Assembly: GCF_910592395.1 (NCBI RefSeq)
Contig: NC_088308.1
Location: forward strand, 310,001-374,000
Reading direction: 5' to 3'
Source of the DNA: Lineus longissimus
Lineage: Eukaryota
Length of the DNA stretch: 64,000 nucleotides
In this document: positions 27,726 to 40,100 of the stretch, piece after piece
Numbering within the stretch: the stretch's first letter is position 1
Layout of the letters: every line of letters starts with the position of its first letter
Made by a program: the position numbers and the translations under genes
The notes under the pieces: model-generated
Databases searched by the model: none
What the model was told of the DNA's origin: nothing
The model's input: the letters and a program-made list of their open reading frames with translations, nothing else

Positions 27726-28703
27726 ATGGCAAGTCTTGAGATACCTTACCAGCTCATCGAGAAGGAGGAGGAGTTGGATGATGTTATCGCAGCCATCAAG
27801 AAAGAGTCCCTGATATCAATGGACTGCGAGGGGGTCAAGCTGTCCCGCAACGGATCCTTGACAGTCCTCTCTATTGGCACCCCCTCCAAGACATACCTGT
27901 TTGATGTCATGAAGATCGGTGAAGCTGTCTTCGGCAAAGATCTAAAGGAGATTCTAGTGAGTACCAGCATCGTCAAGCTCGTGTTTGACTGCAGACGTGA
28001 CGCCGATGCCCTTTGGCATCTGTTCAAGGTCAAGCTAGCTAACGTCATGGACATACAGCTGATGCAAATTCTGTACGAACGAACACACCCAGATGAAAAG
28101 TCGACCTCCCAAAAGGATATGGAGGCACACCACAGGGCTTACAAAGACAAGTCGCCCATGAAACGAGCTCTTTTCGATTGGCCGAGGATCCGCAGCCTGG
28201 TAAATTGCATCGAGTGGTATTTGAAAGATTCGTCGCTCCTGGCTGTCAAGAAAAAGGTCAGTCTGACAACCACAGGAACGGACCAAGAAATGTGGGGCAA
28301 GCGGCCTTTGACCGAGGACATGCAGCGGTACGCTTCGCTCGATGTCCAGTGTCTCTTCGTCCTGTATGAGAAGCTCAAGGCCGGACTGACGTCGACGGAG
28401 GTGGCTACTGCGCGCAAGGGATCGGAAAGGTATCTGGTCATCTTCAGAGACCAAGAGGAAAACGTGACGAACCCATACGAAAACTATTCGCTGCTCCCGA
28501 TGTACATATTGACGGATCCGCCCACGTCTTCCTCGCAGAGGCAGTGCCCGATCTGCAAGCGACATCATCTCCCCTTCGTCGAGTTCCAGCAGGGGATGTG
28601 TAGGCTCTGTCAGATCAAGAAATATGCCCATGATGACTTCGTGAGGCGTAAGGGGGAGCCAACGGTGAGGAAGTATCAAAGAAGCAGGTACACGCCTTAC
28701 TGA
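27726..28703 (+). CDS. EXD1: EXD1/egalitarian-like DEDDy 3'-5' exonuclease with C-terminal C4 zinc ribbon, 325 aa, intronless CDS
   Basis: ExoI ISMDCEGVKLSRNG, YLFDV, ExoII KLVFDCRRDADAL, DIQL, ExoIII WGKRPLTEDMQRYASLDV; C-terminal CPIC-x14-CRLC. The symbol denotes the family; orthology is not established. Confidence 0.88.
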   Translation: MASLEIPYQLIEKEEELDDVIAAIKKESLISMDCEGVKLSRNGSLTVLSIGTPSKTYLFDVMKIGEAVFGKDLKEILVSTSIVKLVFDCRRDADALWHLFKVKLANVMDIQLMQILYERTHPDEKSTSQKDMEAHHRAYKDKSPMKRALFDWPRIRSLVNCIEWYLKDSSLLAVKKKVSLTTTGTDQEMWGKRPLTEDMQRYASLDVQCLFVLYEKLKAGLTSTEVATARKGSERYLVIFRDQEENVTNPYENYSLLPMYILTDPPTSSSQRQCPICKRHHLPFVEFQQGMCRLCQIKKYAHDDFVRRKGEPTVRKYQRSRYTPY

Positions 28704-28737
28704 TGCAACACTCGTGGACCTTTCTTATCTCAATTCA

Positions 28738-29220
28738 GTAGATCCAGAATTATAATACTGTTCAGAGTGGACACGCAGCTTCTTTGACTTCAGGGGACCT
28801 CAGTAGTTCAAGACCCACTGTGCTGTTCAGAGTGGACACGCAGCTTCTTTGACTTCAGGGGACCTCAGTAGTTCAAGACCCACTGTGCTGTTCAGAGTGG
28901 ACACGTAGCTTCTTTGACTTCAGGGGACCTCAGTAGTTCAAGACCCACTGTGCTGTTCAGAGTGGACACGTAGCTTCTTTGACTTCAGGGGACCTCAGTA
29001 GTTCAAGACCCACTGTGCTGTTCAGAGTGGACACGTAGCTTCTTTGACTTCAGGGGACCTCAGTAGTTCAAGACCCACTGTGCTGTTCAGAGTGGACATA
29101 GGTTCTTTGACTTCTGTGGACATCGGTAGATCTAGAATTATAATACTGTTCAGAGTGGCTGGATTATAGTTTATTTGACTTCTGGGGACCCAAATAGACC
29201 CAGAATTATTGCGAGTGGAC
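28738..29220. repeat. 65-bp tandem repeat (5 clean copies plus degenerate flanking copies) just downstream of the exonuclease stop codon
   Basis: Unit GTTCAGAGTGGACACG(C/T)AGCTTCTTTGACTTCAGGGGACCTCAGTAGTTCAAGACCCACTGTGCT from 28760. GTAGATC(C/T)AGAATTATAATACTGTTCAGAGTGG occurs at both 28738 and 29127. Confidence 0.95.
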
Positions 29221-30990
29221 ATGGCAAAGGACCATTTCCTGGGCCACGATAATCTTTTGGATGATAATGATGATGATGATTGCTTCTACGACTACTGTAG
29301 GCTTTAGTTATGTTGGCTCGATCCAGGAACACCTGCAGATCCAACCCCCCCGCATAACTGTTAGAACCCGAGGGCAGAGTGAGAGTTGCACGTGACATTA
29401 CGTCCTGTCTAAACCGCGCATGTGTGGAGGAGTTGCACACGAATGCAGTCGAGCACAGATTAATCACGAGAATCGGGATTTGATGACAGCATGCCATTGT
29501 TATTATGATTTAAGTTCACTCAAGAACATCGCCACGGCCCGAACTATGCACGTAATATAATAAATACATTACGAAACCTTGGATCAATAAACCAACATAG
29601 ATCTATCAGCCGTTGTTGTAACATGTGTTCCCAATCGCTTATCGATTATTTTGATTAAAAAACATGAATTTGGTGTTAATCGGTGCGTTTTGTCGACATG
29701 TCACGTGGTTGTCATAATGTGTCGTCACATGGTTCTTCTCGGGTCCCTCGAGTCCAACCCTCAGTCCATGGAGAGTGCCAAGCCCGCGTCGCTGGGACAA
29801 ATAAATATTGCAGTTCGGCTGGAATCCGATCCGATCGGGTCGAATCCGACAGCACGCCCGAACTCGCCCCTGAATGGGACCATACATCTTGGAATGGATG
29901 GCGGACAAAAAGAAAATTTCAGCGACAATTTGCTTGCATTTGCCTCCCACACACGTTTTAGGGAAAATTATTTGCAAAACCGTCTCCATCAAGTAAAGCA
30001 TTGTTTATCAAGCTGTATTTAATGCCAATTATGTTAAACTTATGTACTCGAAAAATCGAGAATTTCATCGTTTTGCTGTCGTCAAAAGTTTATATCGAGG
30101 AATTCATTCGAACATTTTCGCCAGACATACCCTTAACTTCGTGTAGATGTCGATTTCAGTAGTGATCTAATATTAGTAACTATGGCCGTGTACCATAATG
30201 CGTTCTGAGTTTGGCGTCACGCCTATGAAATCTTACAACATGGGCTGGTGCATTCTGCAGACACAAGAGAAGGAAATCACAGGTTGACAGTCGCACCGGG
30301 GAGGATTTGATCAGCAGATAGGTGAGTTTTCACACTTGATCATGAAACTGGCTTCATGAATCGATGCGACCACATTCGAAAGTTGGTCAGAGGAAAACAC
30401 CTGCGTGCACAGCATGATGCACTGGTCAATATTTTCACAAAAGAAAATGTTACCCGATGGTGGCCGTCGTCCGAATTTAGTCTATTCTGAGGACAAGAAT
30501 GATTTTATGGTTTAATTGATTATTCGTCTCTAATTCATCCCGCATTGTTGAACAGTCGAACTTTTGGTGAAGTTGATGGGTTGTACAGTTATATGGAGCT
30601 CCAAGCAGCAAAACGTGGCGAGAAATGTTGAGATACACCTTTAGGGTGCGCTCGTCAGTATTTTTCAGTATTTGTCAGGGAGATCAAACTAGCAACCTAA
30701 GTAATAATGTGCCACCCTTCGAGCCCTTCACAGCGGATAACTATAAGGTTTTCAGTCAGTTTCAACACAAAATTTAGTCCCTGGTAAATGTCCGAGAATC
30801 TTGATGACCAAATTTTCCAAACACTTGTTCGATTTTATACGGTCATTGCATTTTCTATAATACTTGTTTGTCTGTTTTCAGCTGGGGACGAACCACACGT
30901 CTGTTTGCCGGAAGAAGTTCCGCTTATACCAAGGGGGGCTGTTGGAACTTTAAAGATAAAACATTTACCTTGATACTTCTAGCAGATAAA

Positions 30991-31560
30991 ATGCCTCGCT
31001 CATATCAAGTAAATCGGCACGTCCGGGACAAGGTCAGCACTTTCTCCTTCGTGAGCCTTCCTCCTCCATCATGGTGCATCTCATCAAAACAAACCACGAA
31101 CGCATCGCCGCTGAGAAACGTCTCACGGGACCTTCAGAAAATGTCCAGAATTCACTACAACGCTTCGGACAAGGATCTGGAGTCATGCGCCTCTGATACA
31201 GGATGTTTGGATCCGAAATCGCTGCAGACAACTCCGAGGGGAATGCCAATTCCTAACATCGTTCCGCACGCGCCAAGCAAACCCAAACGCGACACGACTG
31301 GGTTGCGCAGGCGTGGCGCGGATGTTGGCGCCAGTCCCATTCTCCCCGACCGGAAAGTGAGGCGGCTGTTTCGAGAGTACACCCAGTGCGATGACAGCAT
31401 GAACGCGTCCATGAACACCTCGGATCTGGCAGATTCTACCTTTGATGATGGAGACGGTTCTTTCAATGAGTTCCTTCCCTTGGAATGGGATTACTCCGAC
31501 TCTGGATTTCTTGATGAAGACGATTACTTGCAGAAGCGAGGCGAGATGGCAAAGTCTTAA
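30991..31560 (+). CDS. Uncharacterised 189-aa Ser/Pro/acidic, probably disordered protein with an LPLEWD motif
   Basis: Open frame from AAAATGC to TAA. Upstream donor TAG|GTGAGT (30321) and acceptor TTTTCAG| (30881) define a 5' UTR intron, with an in-frame stop in the upstream exon. No recognisable folded domain. Confidence 0.55.
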   Translation: MPRSYQVNRHVRDKVSTFSFVSLPPPSWCISSKQTTNASPLRNVSRDLQKMSRIHYNASDKDLESCASDTGCLDPKSLQTTPRGMPIPNIVPHAPSKPKRDTTGLRRRGADVGASPILPDRKVRRLFREYTQCDDSMNASMNTSDLADSTFDDGDGSFNEFLPLEWDYSDSGFLDEDDYLQKRGEMAKS

Positions 31561-33479
31561 ACGTAACTCTCTTGAAAGTGTGTTTGACTGACGAAGGAGG
31601 CCTATACTGTAAGCTCGGTTAAGAGCCGTTGCGACTTTGTAATGGAATGTGGTTGTGGGAAGGGGTATATTTCTACCGAGGAGTGTTGACAACCGTAGTG
31701 TTCTATTTCACTGACCAATAATATTGCGGTTTTCAACTCGCCTCTGTCGGCTCACCTCAAATAGGCCCTTTGCCAGATAAGCCTGGACCACCCAGGGTCG
31801 GCAAACCAAACTGCCTTAACAATAGGCTTTTATGGTCTATGACGCCAGACAATGCGTTTCGAGCCATGGTCTCGTGTAGTTTTCCCATGAAGATCTATTG
31901 TAAAGATAGTTTCTTTGCCGACCCTAGGTGGCATCGGCGTATTTGGCAAAGGGACGCCGATATTGTGATGTCCCCACCCTGAGAGAATACAGTATTGTTT
32001 CACGATATTAGGTTAAATAGGAGATTCTGATATGAATCGCCATCTGCTAAAGTCGATGCATTTTCCCGTGGACAAGCGTACAAAGTAAAATTGCGCATTA
32101 TAGTACCCTTCTCTTAGGTTCTGTCTTACAGTAACACACATACAGTGACATATATTTTGTATTTCATTTTCGATACCCGCCGGAATCGCGGATGAAATAA
32201 CGAGTTGAATAGTCCCATTCCCGGAATATACCCTTGTGGCTTGTCCACTGTAATTGACCATTATCATTCGAAGAGCAGCTAACTCTAGTGACTCCAACAA
32301 TGAAGACACTGGACAGTTGAAAGTACCTTAACAATGTACCCTAATCATGTGATCAAAGGCCAGCGCCAATGCTAGACGTCCGTTTTTCATAGATAGAATT
32401 GTCAAATGCTCGTGAAAACTAAACTGAAACCAACTTTGTCCTATCGTTGAAATATGAATTCATTTAGCAGAAAAATCATTCGAAACGCAAGTTCTTATTT
32501 CGTTTTCGTTTCATTGATTTCTGTCCGTTCAATTGGATTCAGTGAAACAACCCTCAAGAAGAAGAAGAAGCGCTTAGTACGGCAACACGTCCGTCCCAAA
32601 CCACACTCGGATTACAGCAAGTAGCTGGGCCAATTTCCCCCAAGCTACCGTTTAAAAATGCTCCAACGACGGATTCATGCAAGCACTCTATCCAGACGCC
32701 TGTCAACTATAATTTCATTCAGGGTTTCAGTTGGCTTTCCAATGATAAATGTGAGATAAGGTCTCACTCCTCAGTTTCACCAAATCCTGTCGTGACATCA
32801 AAGCAACACATGGGATGCACACAAGATATCACCCAGATGTGTGCCGAGATCAAACTACTGGCACCAGGGCGGGTGCAGACCTTGACAAGACTCGAATTCA
32901 TAGGCCGCGGTCGCAGTTCGAGACGATATCAGTGTTCGTGACAAGGTTTTACTGCGACACTGGTCCGCACAGAGAAGCTGATGAATAGTGACAATACTCT
33001 GACCAACTCAAGAATTCCATGGTTTAGGTATGCTGAATGGCGACATTTTCTTGCAAGCTTATCTCAGCAAACACTTATTGCCGCACTGTTCTCTCAATTC
33101 CTTATCCTCCTCACAAGTGCACATATTTTGATGTTAATGAATTCATTGGTTGGTTAATAAAAAAGAAAGGAATTTTATTTGTGAATAACGTTCAAAACTA
33201 AATAGCCTTGGTCATACGCTCCAATGACGATTTCGTTGGAAACGCCATATGTTACCTGATCATGCTTAGTTGTTCTCGAGAAGGACAAGACTCTGTTCAG
33301 GAAGTGCTTCATAGAGGCCTATGTTTCTTTGCCAGACTCCAGCCAAGTTTCAGGCGATATTCTGTGCCAACGTTGGGCCAAGATCGGGCCGTTTGGCTGC
33401 CCTAATCAGAAAAAAGCAAAAAGTCCCAGGGAGCGAAACGCCTGGGAGCAAAACGTGCTGTTACCTCCTCTTGTCGACA

Positions 33480-33564
33480 GGAGGCAGCATCTGACCCAGG
33501 TTACAAAATGGCTGCCGGTGTAAACAATTTTTGGTCTGAAAGAACCCCAATAATTGTCATGAAT
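33480..33564 (+). promoter_or_regulatory. Probable non-coding first exon of the TRPM gene
   Basis: YY1-like AAAATGGC at ~33505 and donor AAT|GTAAGC after 33564. It would join acceptor TTTCCTTACAG| (34098), 39 nt before the TRPM ATG. Confidence 0.4.
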
Positions 33565-34137
33565 GTAAGCGCATTCAGTAATCATATCACACAGTAAAAA
33601 AACCGAAATACATCAACGATCAAATACCACAAATATGTTTGGTTGACAGAAATAGGTCATTCGTCTTCGCACTCGACTGATTGTTTGAGCATTTTCCACT
33701 CGTAAAAATAGCCCTACTAGATACAATGTATAGGCCTACACATAGTCAAAGAGAGTGCCTAAGTCAGTGAGTGATCTACTATATCCCAACTTTCGTTTGT
33801 TATATTTCATACTTAGTGATACGGTTGAGAACTTCTGGTGCTACTATAAGTATGTTTAGACCAAACTGGTGGGGAAGGGCACTAGAGACTATACCTACCA
33901 GTACCTGTACCCATGTCCTCTCGCATGTCTCGTCTCATGTCTCGAGTCTTCCTGAACCTGGACCTGGACCACGTCATGGTGGCTTATTGGCCACACAGGT
34001 CACTTATTCCAGACTATTTTAGTTTTCCTGTTATTGCTTTAAAACACCTGTACCCTCTGCTATTGGTATTCATGTCAATCAGTTTCCTTTCCTTACAGAA
34101 CAAAATGAACAAGAACTGCTGAAGGTTGACTTGAGTC

Positions 34138-37100
34138 ATGTCTAACCGTTATAGTCAAGGTGTTCGGCAGCCGTCGGACGAGTTCCCACTCACGGAAGAG
34201 GCTGTGAGAGGTTTCCATACAAATGTTGACGACCGTAACAGCCAAATTGAACAATGGCGTGACGGATTAAACACCGGTTCACACGATGAGTCAGTTTCTC
34301 CTGGCGATCAGGATGAACATGAGATCGGATCAAAACACAACCGACAGCGTAAACGGGTCAGGCGGCGGAAAACAGTTGAAGGCGAGCCAGTTATTGATCA
34401 AAGTTTTGGTAATCTGAATCGAAGTTATTCACCATCTCCACATGATCGGAACGATGGCGGACCGGTGCCTGGGTTGTTGGTCAGTCCGCCGTCCAATTCG
34501 ACCGGGTTTGGCCTGGAAAATGAGGAATCGGGAACAAATGCTATCATGAAGTCTGATCCATTGGCTGTGCATGAAAGTGGCCATAAATTGGGTGAATCGA
34601 GCCTGGTTCCTAAACGACCTTCTTTGCACATGCCGAGGAATTCAAAAGGTGGCAGTTTCTCAGGCGCTCCAAAGCATCGGTGTGACTCGAGGGAAGCCCT
34701 GTTGAAAAACCAAAAGAACTTTGATGTGAACAAGGTAAATTGAAATTTTGCAGGCTCATCATTCAATGTTAGGATGACATTACCGGCTGATGGGGAGAGA
34801 GTTATTCAAAATTCTTCCTCACTACTGTTGTTGAGGAGAAAAAGACATGGAGCAGGCATACTACAAAATGTAATGTTATCAGTTATTTTTAAGTAAAACT
34901 TGTCCCAGGCTCCATGAATTGGCCAGATTTGAGTTTGAGAAGTGGCTTTGCTTCCATTATGGTATGAATGTGATAGGTATTCCCCAGACAGAATTACATA
35001 TGTTGTGTGTTTTCAGGAATACTTCAAGGAGTATGTCTCCAAGAACTTCACCCATCGAATGTGCTGCCGCTATGTCAGTGATCCCAAGAACAAGTAAGTA
35101 TAGTGGAGCGTCAACTCGTGACTATATCTGTAGTTGATTTAGGGGCCAAGTCAGGCATGGGGTGGAAAGAGTGCTGGAAACCAGACTTGCAATGTACAGG
35201 GTTTTTCAAGGGTTGAAATGTAAGTTCTCTAAATATATAGAGCTTTAAACTGTACAACAGTCTCAAAGAGCATTACATTCAGTCCTTAATTGTCTAATCC
35301 AGAACTTCTCTTTAGAAATCAAGGCGCTCGCGTACTGTGATATACACTTGCCATATAAGGCCAGTTGAAGTGTCACTGGCAGAGCCTCAAACCCATGACC
35401 TCCTGATCACAAGTCAGATGCGCTTCCACTGTGGCAAAGACTCTCAGATCCCAATCCCGAGCAAAAGTTCAAAAGTTTTTTAAAGTCTTTTACGCTGATT
35501 CAAGAGCTTCGGGAAGGGGCTAGTCTTACATGAAGAAGAAGACAACCTTAAAATATGAGACATGGCATCTGTATTTTGAATGTATATTTGTTCAGGGAGC
35601 ATTGTGCCTGTGGTCGTCACAAAGACTGGCACAGTTATGAGGACGTGGTGATATTTGAGAACGATCACTTCCGCGGTCGGGAAACATGGCATCCTGACAC
35701 GCACACGGTCGAGGTTAAACCAGATTCATTTGGAGAAATAGAATTCAATGGTTTCGGACGAGAATTCGATGTGACAGTGCCTGTGAGTATTTTCGATATT
35801 TGTTTGGAAAGAGTATTATGATATCTTATACACCAACCGGCAAGTCATGCATGCTGGCTTTCTACAAAAAACAGTGGAAGCAGTTTCGAAACATGGACTT
35901 CAAAACCAACCATGTTTCTGAAACTTGACTGGCCAAGTCAGGCCACCAATTAAAGAAGTTATCAGGGTACTCCATTTTAGAGAGAGAGTCATGCTGGAAA
36001 GTGGAAAATTTAAAAGAAAATTTCAGGAGGACAAGGCCATTTTGAAGGACACCGGCTACCATGACTTTGGTGGCCTTGGTTAATTGGAGCCCTATGATGT
36101 GTACAGCTCAATAAATTTTGAGGTGATTTGTATTTTTTGCAGTATATTCGGGCTGACTACCAAGTGGACTTTGAGGCACTCTGGGAACTTTTGACAAATG
36201 GTTGGAACCTGCCTCCGCCCAGGCTCCTGATCTCTGTCACTGGTGGCAATAAGAACTTCAACATAAAACAGAGGCTGCTGACAACATTCAAGAAGGGTCT
36301 CATGACCGCTGCTAGTACAACCGGTAAGAACTCTTTATGCATATGTGATGGTGGAGCTCATTGAAAAAACAAATGTAATGTATAATCATATCTTTTTGAG
36401 GTGTTTCATCGTCAGGAATTGTTTGAGTCTGCATAGACCATGTCCTTTCATTCTCCACCTGGACATGTCAGACACTAACTATGCTCTGCTTGCAGGTGCT
36501 TGGATCATCACCGGTGGAATGTCTGCAGGCGTGATGAAACTAGTCGGTGAAGCCGTGAGGGAGAATGTGATGAGTTCTGGTGGACTAAACCAGAAAGTGG
36601 TTGCTCTGGGGGTAGCAACCTGGGGGTACATTGATAACAAAGAGGCACTTGAGGGTGATGAGGTAAGCATTATAAGACCTACAAGTATTTAAAGGGCTCC
36701 CTTTGCCTAGAAAATGATCCTTTCAGTTCAGTGCAACCTACCATATGTAAACAGCATCAGAGACAAAGGACGACACTGTGACTCAATGTCACAACTCCTC
36801 AGGACAGCCAACTATGTTACCGAAAATGGAGTGACACTGTCTAGGTTGGATCTCGAAGATTTTGAATGCTGAAAAAGTTTCACTAGTACAAATAGATGAT
36901 TTGGAACTTAAAGTGTTGATTTTTTTCAGAATGAAGGTGCATTCCCTTGCTCTTACAGCATTGAGGATCTCCGTGGTGTGCGGCACACAGCACCCCTTGA
37001 TCACAACCACACACATTTCATCCTGGTCGATAATGGCACCGAGAAGAAGTACGGTGTGGAGATCGGGTTCAGAGCTGCTCTGGAAACGTTCATCGCAGAG

Positions 37101-40100
37101 AAAATGGAGACCCAAGTTGGAGAAAATCAGAGTGAGTTATCGTCATGAATCACCGGCTGTAGCAATCACTGATGTACCCATCAACAACAGCCTACAAGTA
37201 AATTGAGACCGAATCTTCAACATGACAAAACATGTACTGCAGTCCTACTGTTTTTACCCAAGATGCACAGCTAACCACCATAGTCATGAAAATGGCTACT
37301 TGTGGCCTTCATGTCGGCTGATAATATGTCGATTGTGTTTTGCAGGTGTGAATGTTCCCGTTGTTCTCCTCGTCCTTGAAGGAGGTATGAGTAGTATTGA
37401 ATCTGCAGCAGCAGCCATCAAGAACAACATCCCCATCGTAGCATTCGAGGGATCAGGCAGGGCTGCTGACTACCTGGCTTATGCTTACAAGATCACCAGA
37501 AACATCGCCAATGAGGATGAGACCATTTTCCCAGAACATTTTGACGATATCATGAAATTCAAAGCGGAGAGGAATCTTGACTGGAGCAGGGAGACCGAGG
37601 CCAGTAAAGTGATGAAGATTGATAAATGTGTGGACTTGGCCAAGGACTGTTTGAGGGAAAGGAGACTTGTGTCTGTCTTCCAACTTGACACAGACTCGGA
37701 TCCTAAAGACATTGACAAAGCTATTATCCATGCTCTGTTGAAAGGTATTTTAAGCTTTTACAAATTCATTAAAATTGTCTTCTTATCAGTTCGATGTAGA
37801 GTAGAGCCAATGTGAATATGCCTGAACATGTAGACAAAAGTCCTGACGAGGATATCTCATTTGGTGGCATAAGCAGCTCTCAATGGTGACATACATGATA
37901 TAGCAGCTGCTTATGCACAGGAAAACACCTCATTCCACCCCAGTGCCATGATAGCTCACTTTGAATTGTACTGTTTAAATACTTTCCCCATTCCACTTGC
38001 AGCAAACAAATCGCATGCGTCGACCCAACTGAACCTGGCCCTGGCTTGGAATAGGTGTGATATAGCCAGAGCACAGATCTTCCAACCAGAGAACATGAAA
38101 CACTGGAAGCAACAAACAAACAAGTTATACGATGCTATGTTCATTGCCCTTGTTCAGAATCGTGTTGACTTTGTGCAACTTTTCCTGGATGTTGGAGTTG
38201 AGATGAGGAAGTTTGTGTCAGTCCGACGACTTCGTGATTTGTACCACAAGGTTCTTTGTGACAGGCATTCGGGCTCCAGCAGAACATTGTTAAAGAATCT
38301 CATCAGGGAGGTGCAGAACACTCTCAAGTTCCACTTGTGTTTCTGTTACAACAATAAGGAGATGAAAGAGCTTCCCAATCTCTTGTACATCATCGGGAAA
38401 GTCTTCCGTCATCTGGTAGGAGACCAGTACCCCAACATGTATGAGGGTAAGTAGAGGCTTTCTAATCTGTTGTACATCATCGGGAAAGTCTTCCCTCATC
38501 TGGTAGGAGACCAGTACCCCAACATGTATGAGGGTAAGTAGAGGCTTTCTAATCTGTTGTTCATCATCGGGAAAGTCTTCCGTCATCTGGTAGGAGACCA
38601 GTACCCCAACATGTATGAGGGTAAGTAGAGGCTTTCTAATCTGTTGTACATCATCGGGAAAGTCTTCCGTCATCTGGTAGGAGACCAGTACCCCAACATG
38701 TATAAGGGTAAGTAGAGGCTTTCTAATCTGTTGTTCATCATCGGGAAAGTCTTCCGTCATCTGGTGGGAGACCAGTACCCCAACATGTATAAGGGTAAGT
38801 AGAGGCTTTCTAATCTGTTGTTCATCATCGGGAAAGTCTTCCGTCATCTGGTAGGAGACCAGTACCCTAACATGTATGAGGGTAAGTAGAGGCTTTCTAA
38901 TCTGTTGTACATCATCGGGAAAGTCTTCCGTCATCTGGTAGGAGACCAGTACCCCAACATGTATAAGGGTAAGTAGAGGCTTTCTAATCTGTTGTTCATC
39001 ATCGGGAAAGTCTTCCGTCATCTGGTAGGAGACCAGTACCCTAACATGTATGAGGGTAAGTAGAGGCTTTCTAATCTGTTGTTCATCATCGGGAAAGTCT
39101 TCCGTCATCTGGTAGGAGACCAGTACCCCAACATGTATGAGGGTAAGTAGAGGCTTTCTAATCTGTTGTTCATCATCGGGAAAGTCTTCCATCATCTGGT
39201 AGGAGACCAGTACCCTAACATGTATGAGGGTAAGTAGAGGCTTTCTAATCTGTTGTTCATCATCGGGAAAGTCTTCTGTCATCTGGTAGGAGACCAGTAC
39301 CCTAACATGTATGAGGGTAAGTAGAGGCTTTCTAATCTGTTGTTCATCATCGGGAAAGTCTTCCGTCATCTGGTAGGAGACCAGTACCCCAACATGTATG
39401 AGGGTAAGTAGAGGCTTTCTAATCTGTTGTTCATCATCGGGAAAGTCTTCCGTCATCTGGTAGGAGACCAGTACCCCAACATGTATGAGGGTAAGTAGAG
39501 GCTTTCTAATCTGTTGTTCATCATCGGGAAAGTCTTCCGTCATCTGGTAGGAGACCAGTACCCTAACATGTATGAGGGTAAGTAGAGGCTTTCTAATCTC
39601 TTGTTCATCAATGGTGAAGTCTCTCAGGTTTCACTCTCAAACCACATAAATTATCCTACGTCTCTAATGTGTTCAAGGAAATGACTTCATCAGAGAATTT
39701 ATTTTTCCAGGCAAGGAGTTTGAAGTGTCCTACGTGAAGTTCAACTCAGAGGTGGATATAGTACTACCAGACGATCAGTCCTACTCCGAGAAGGAGAGTA
39801 ATCACCAGTCTTCTGAGAGCAGTGTCAGAAAGAGTGCATCAGCGTTTGTGGTGGAGAATTATGGAAGTGGTGAGCAATATTTGAACAAATAGGTTCTGTT
39901 AGACTTCGGACTATAATTGGGCGGTCAAGACGTTCATCTGGACATGTGGCCTCTTTCTGACAAGTTTTGTCACAAATTGACAGGGATTAGTCTGCTTGTA
40001 GTTTTCCTCTCCTCAAGTCTGCAATGAGTATCAATGAGGTTTTAGGTCCACATTTCAGCTCAATGGATGCTGCTTCGTGTGTCCCTTGGTATTAACTTAG

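Noticed and set aside
27746..28679. Antisense ORFs over the exonuclease, and 31183-31692 over the orphan ORF
   Set aside because: Shadow ORFs of GC-richer coding sequence with no recognisable motifs.
38290..39543. 417-aa minus-strand ORF (MTEDFPDDEQQIRK...)
   Set aside because: It is the antisense reading of the 87-bp (29-codon) array derived from TRPM exon 8.
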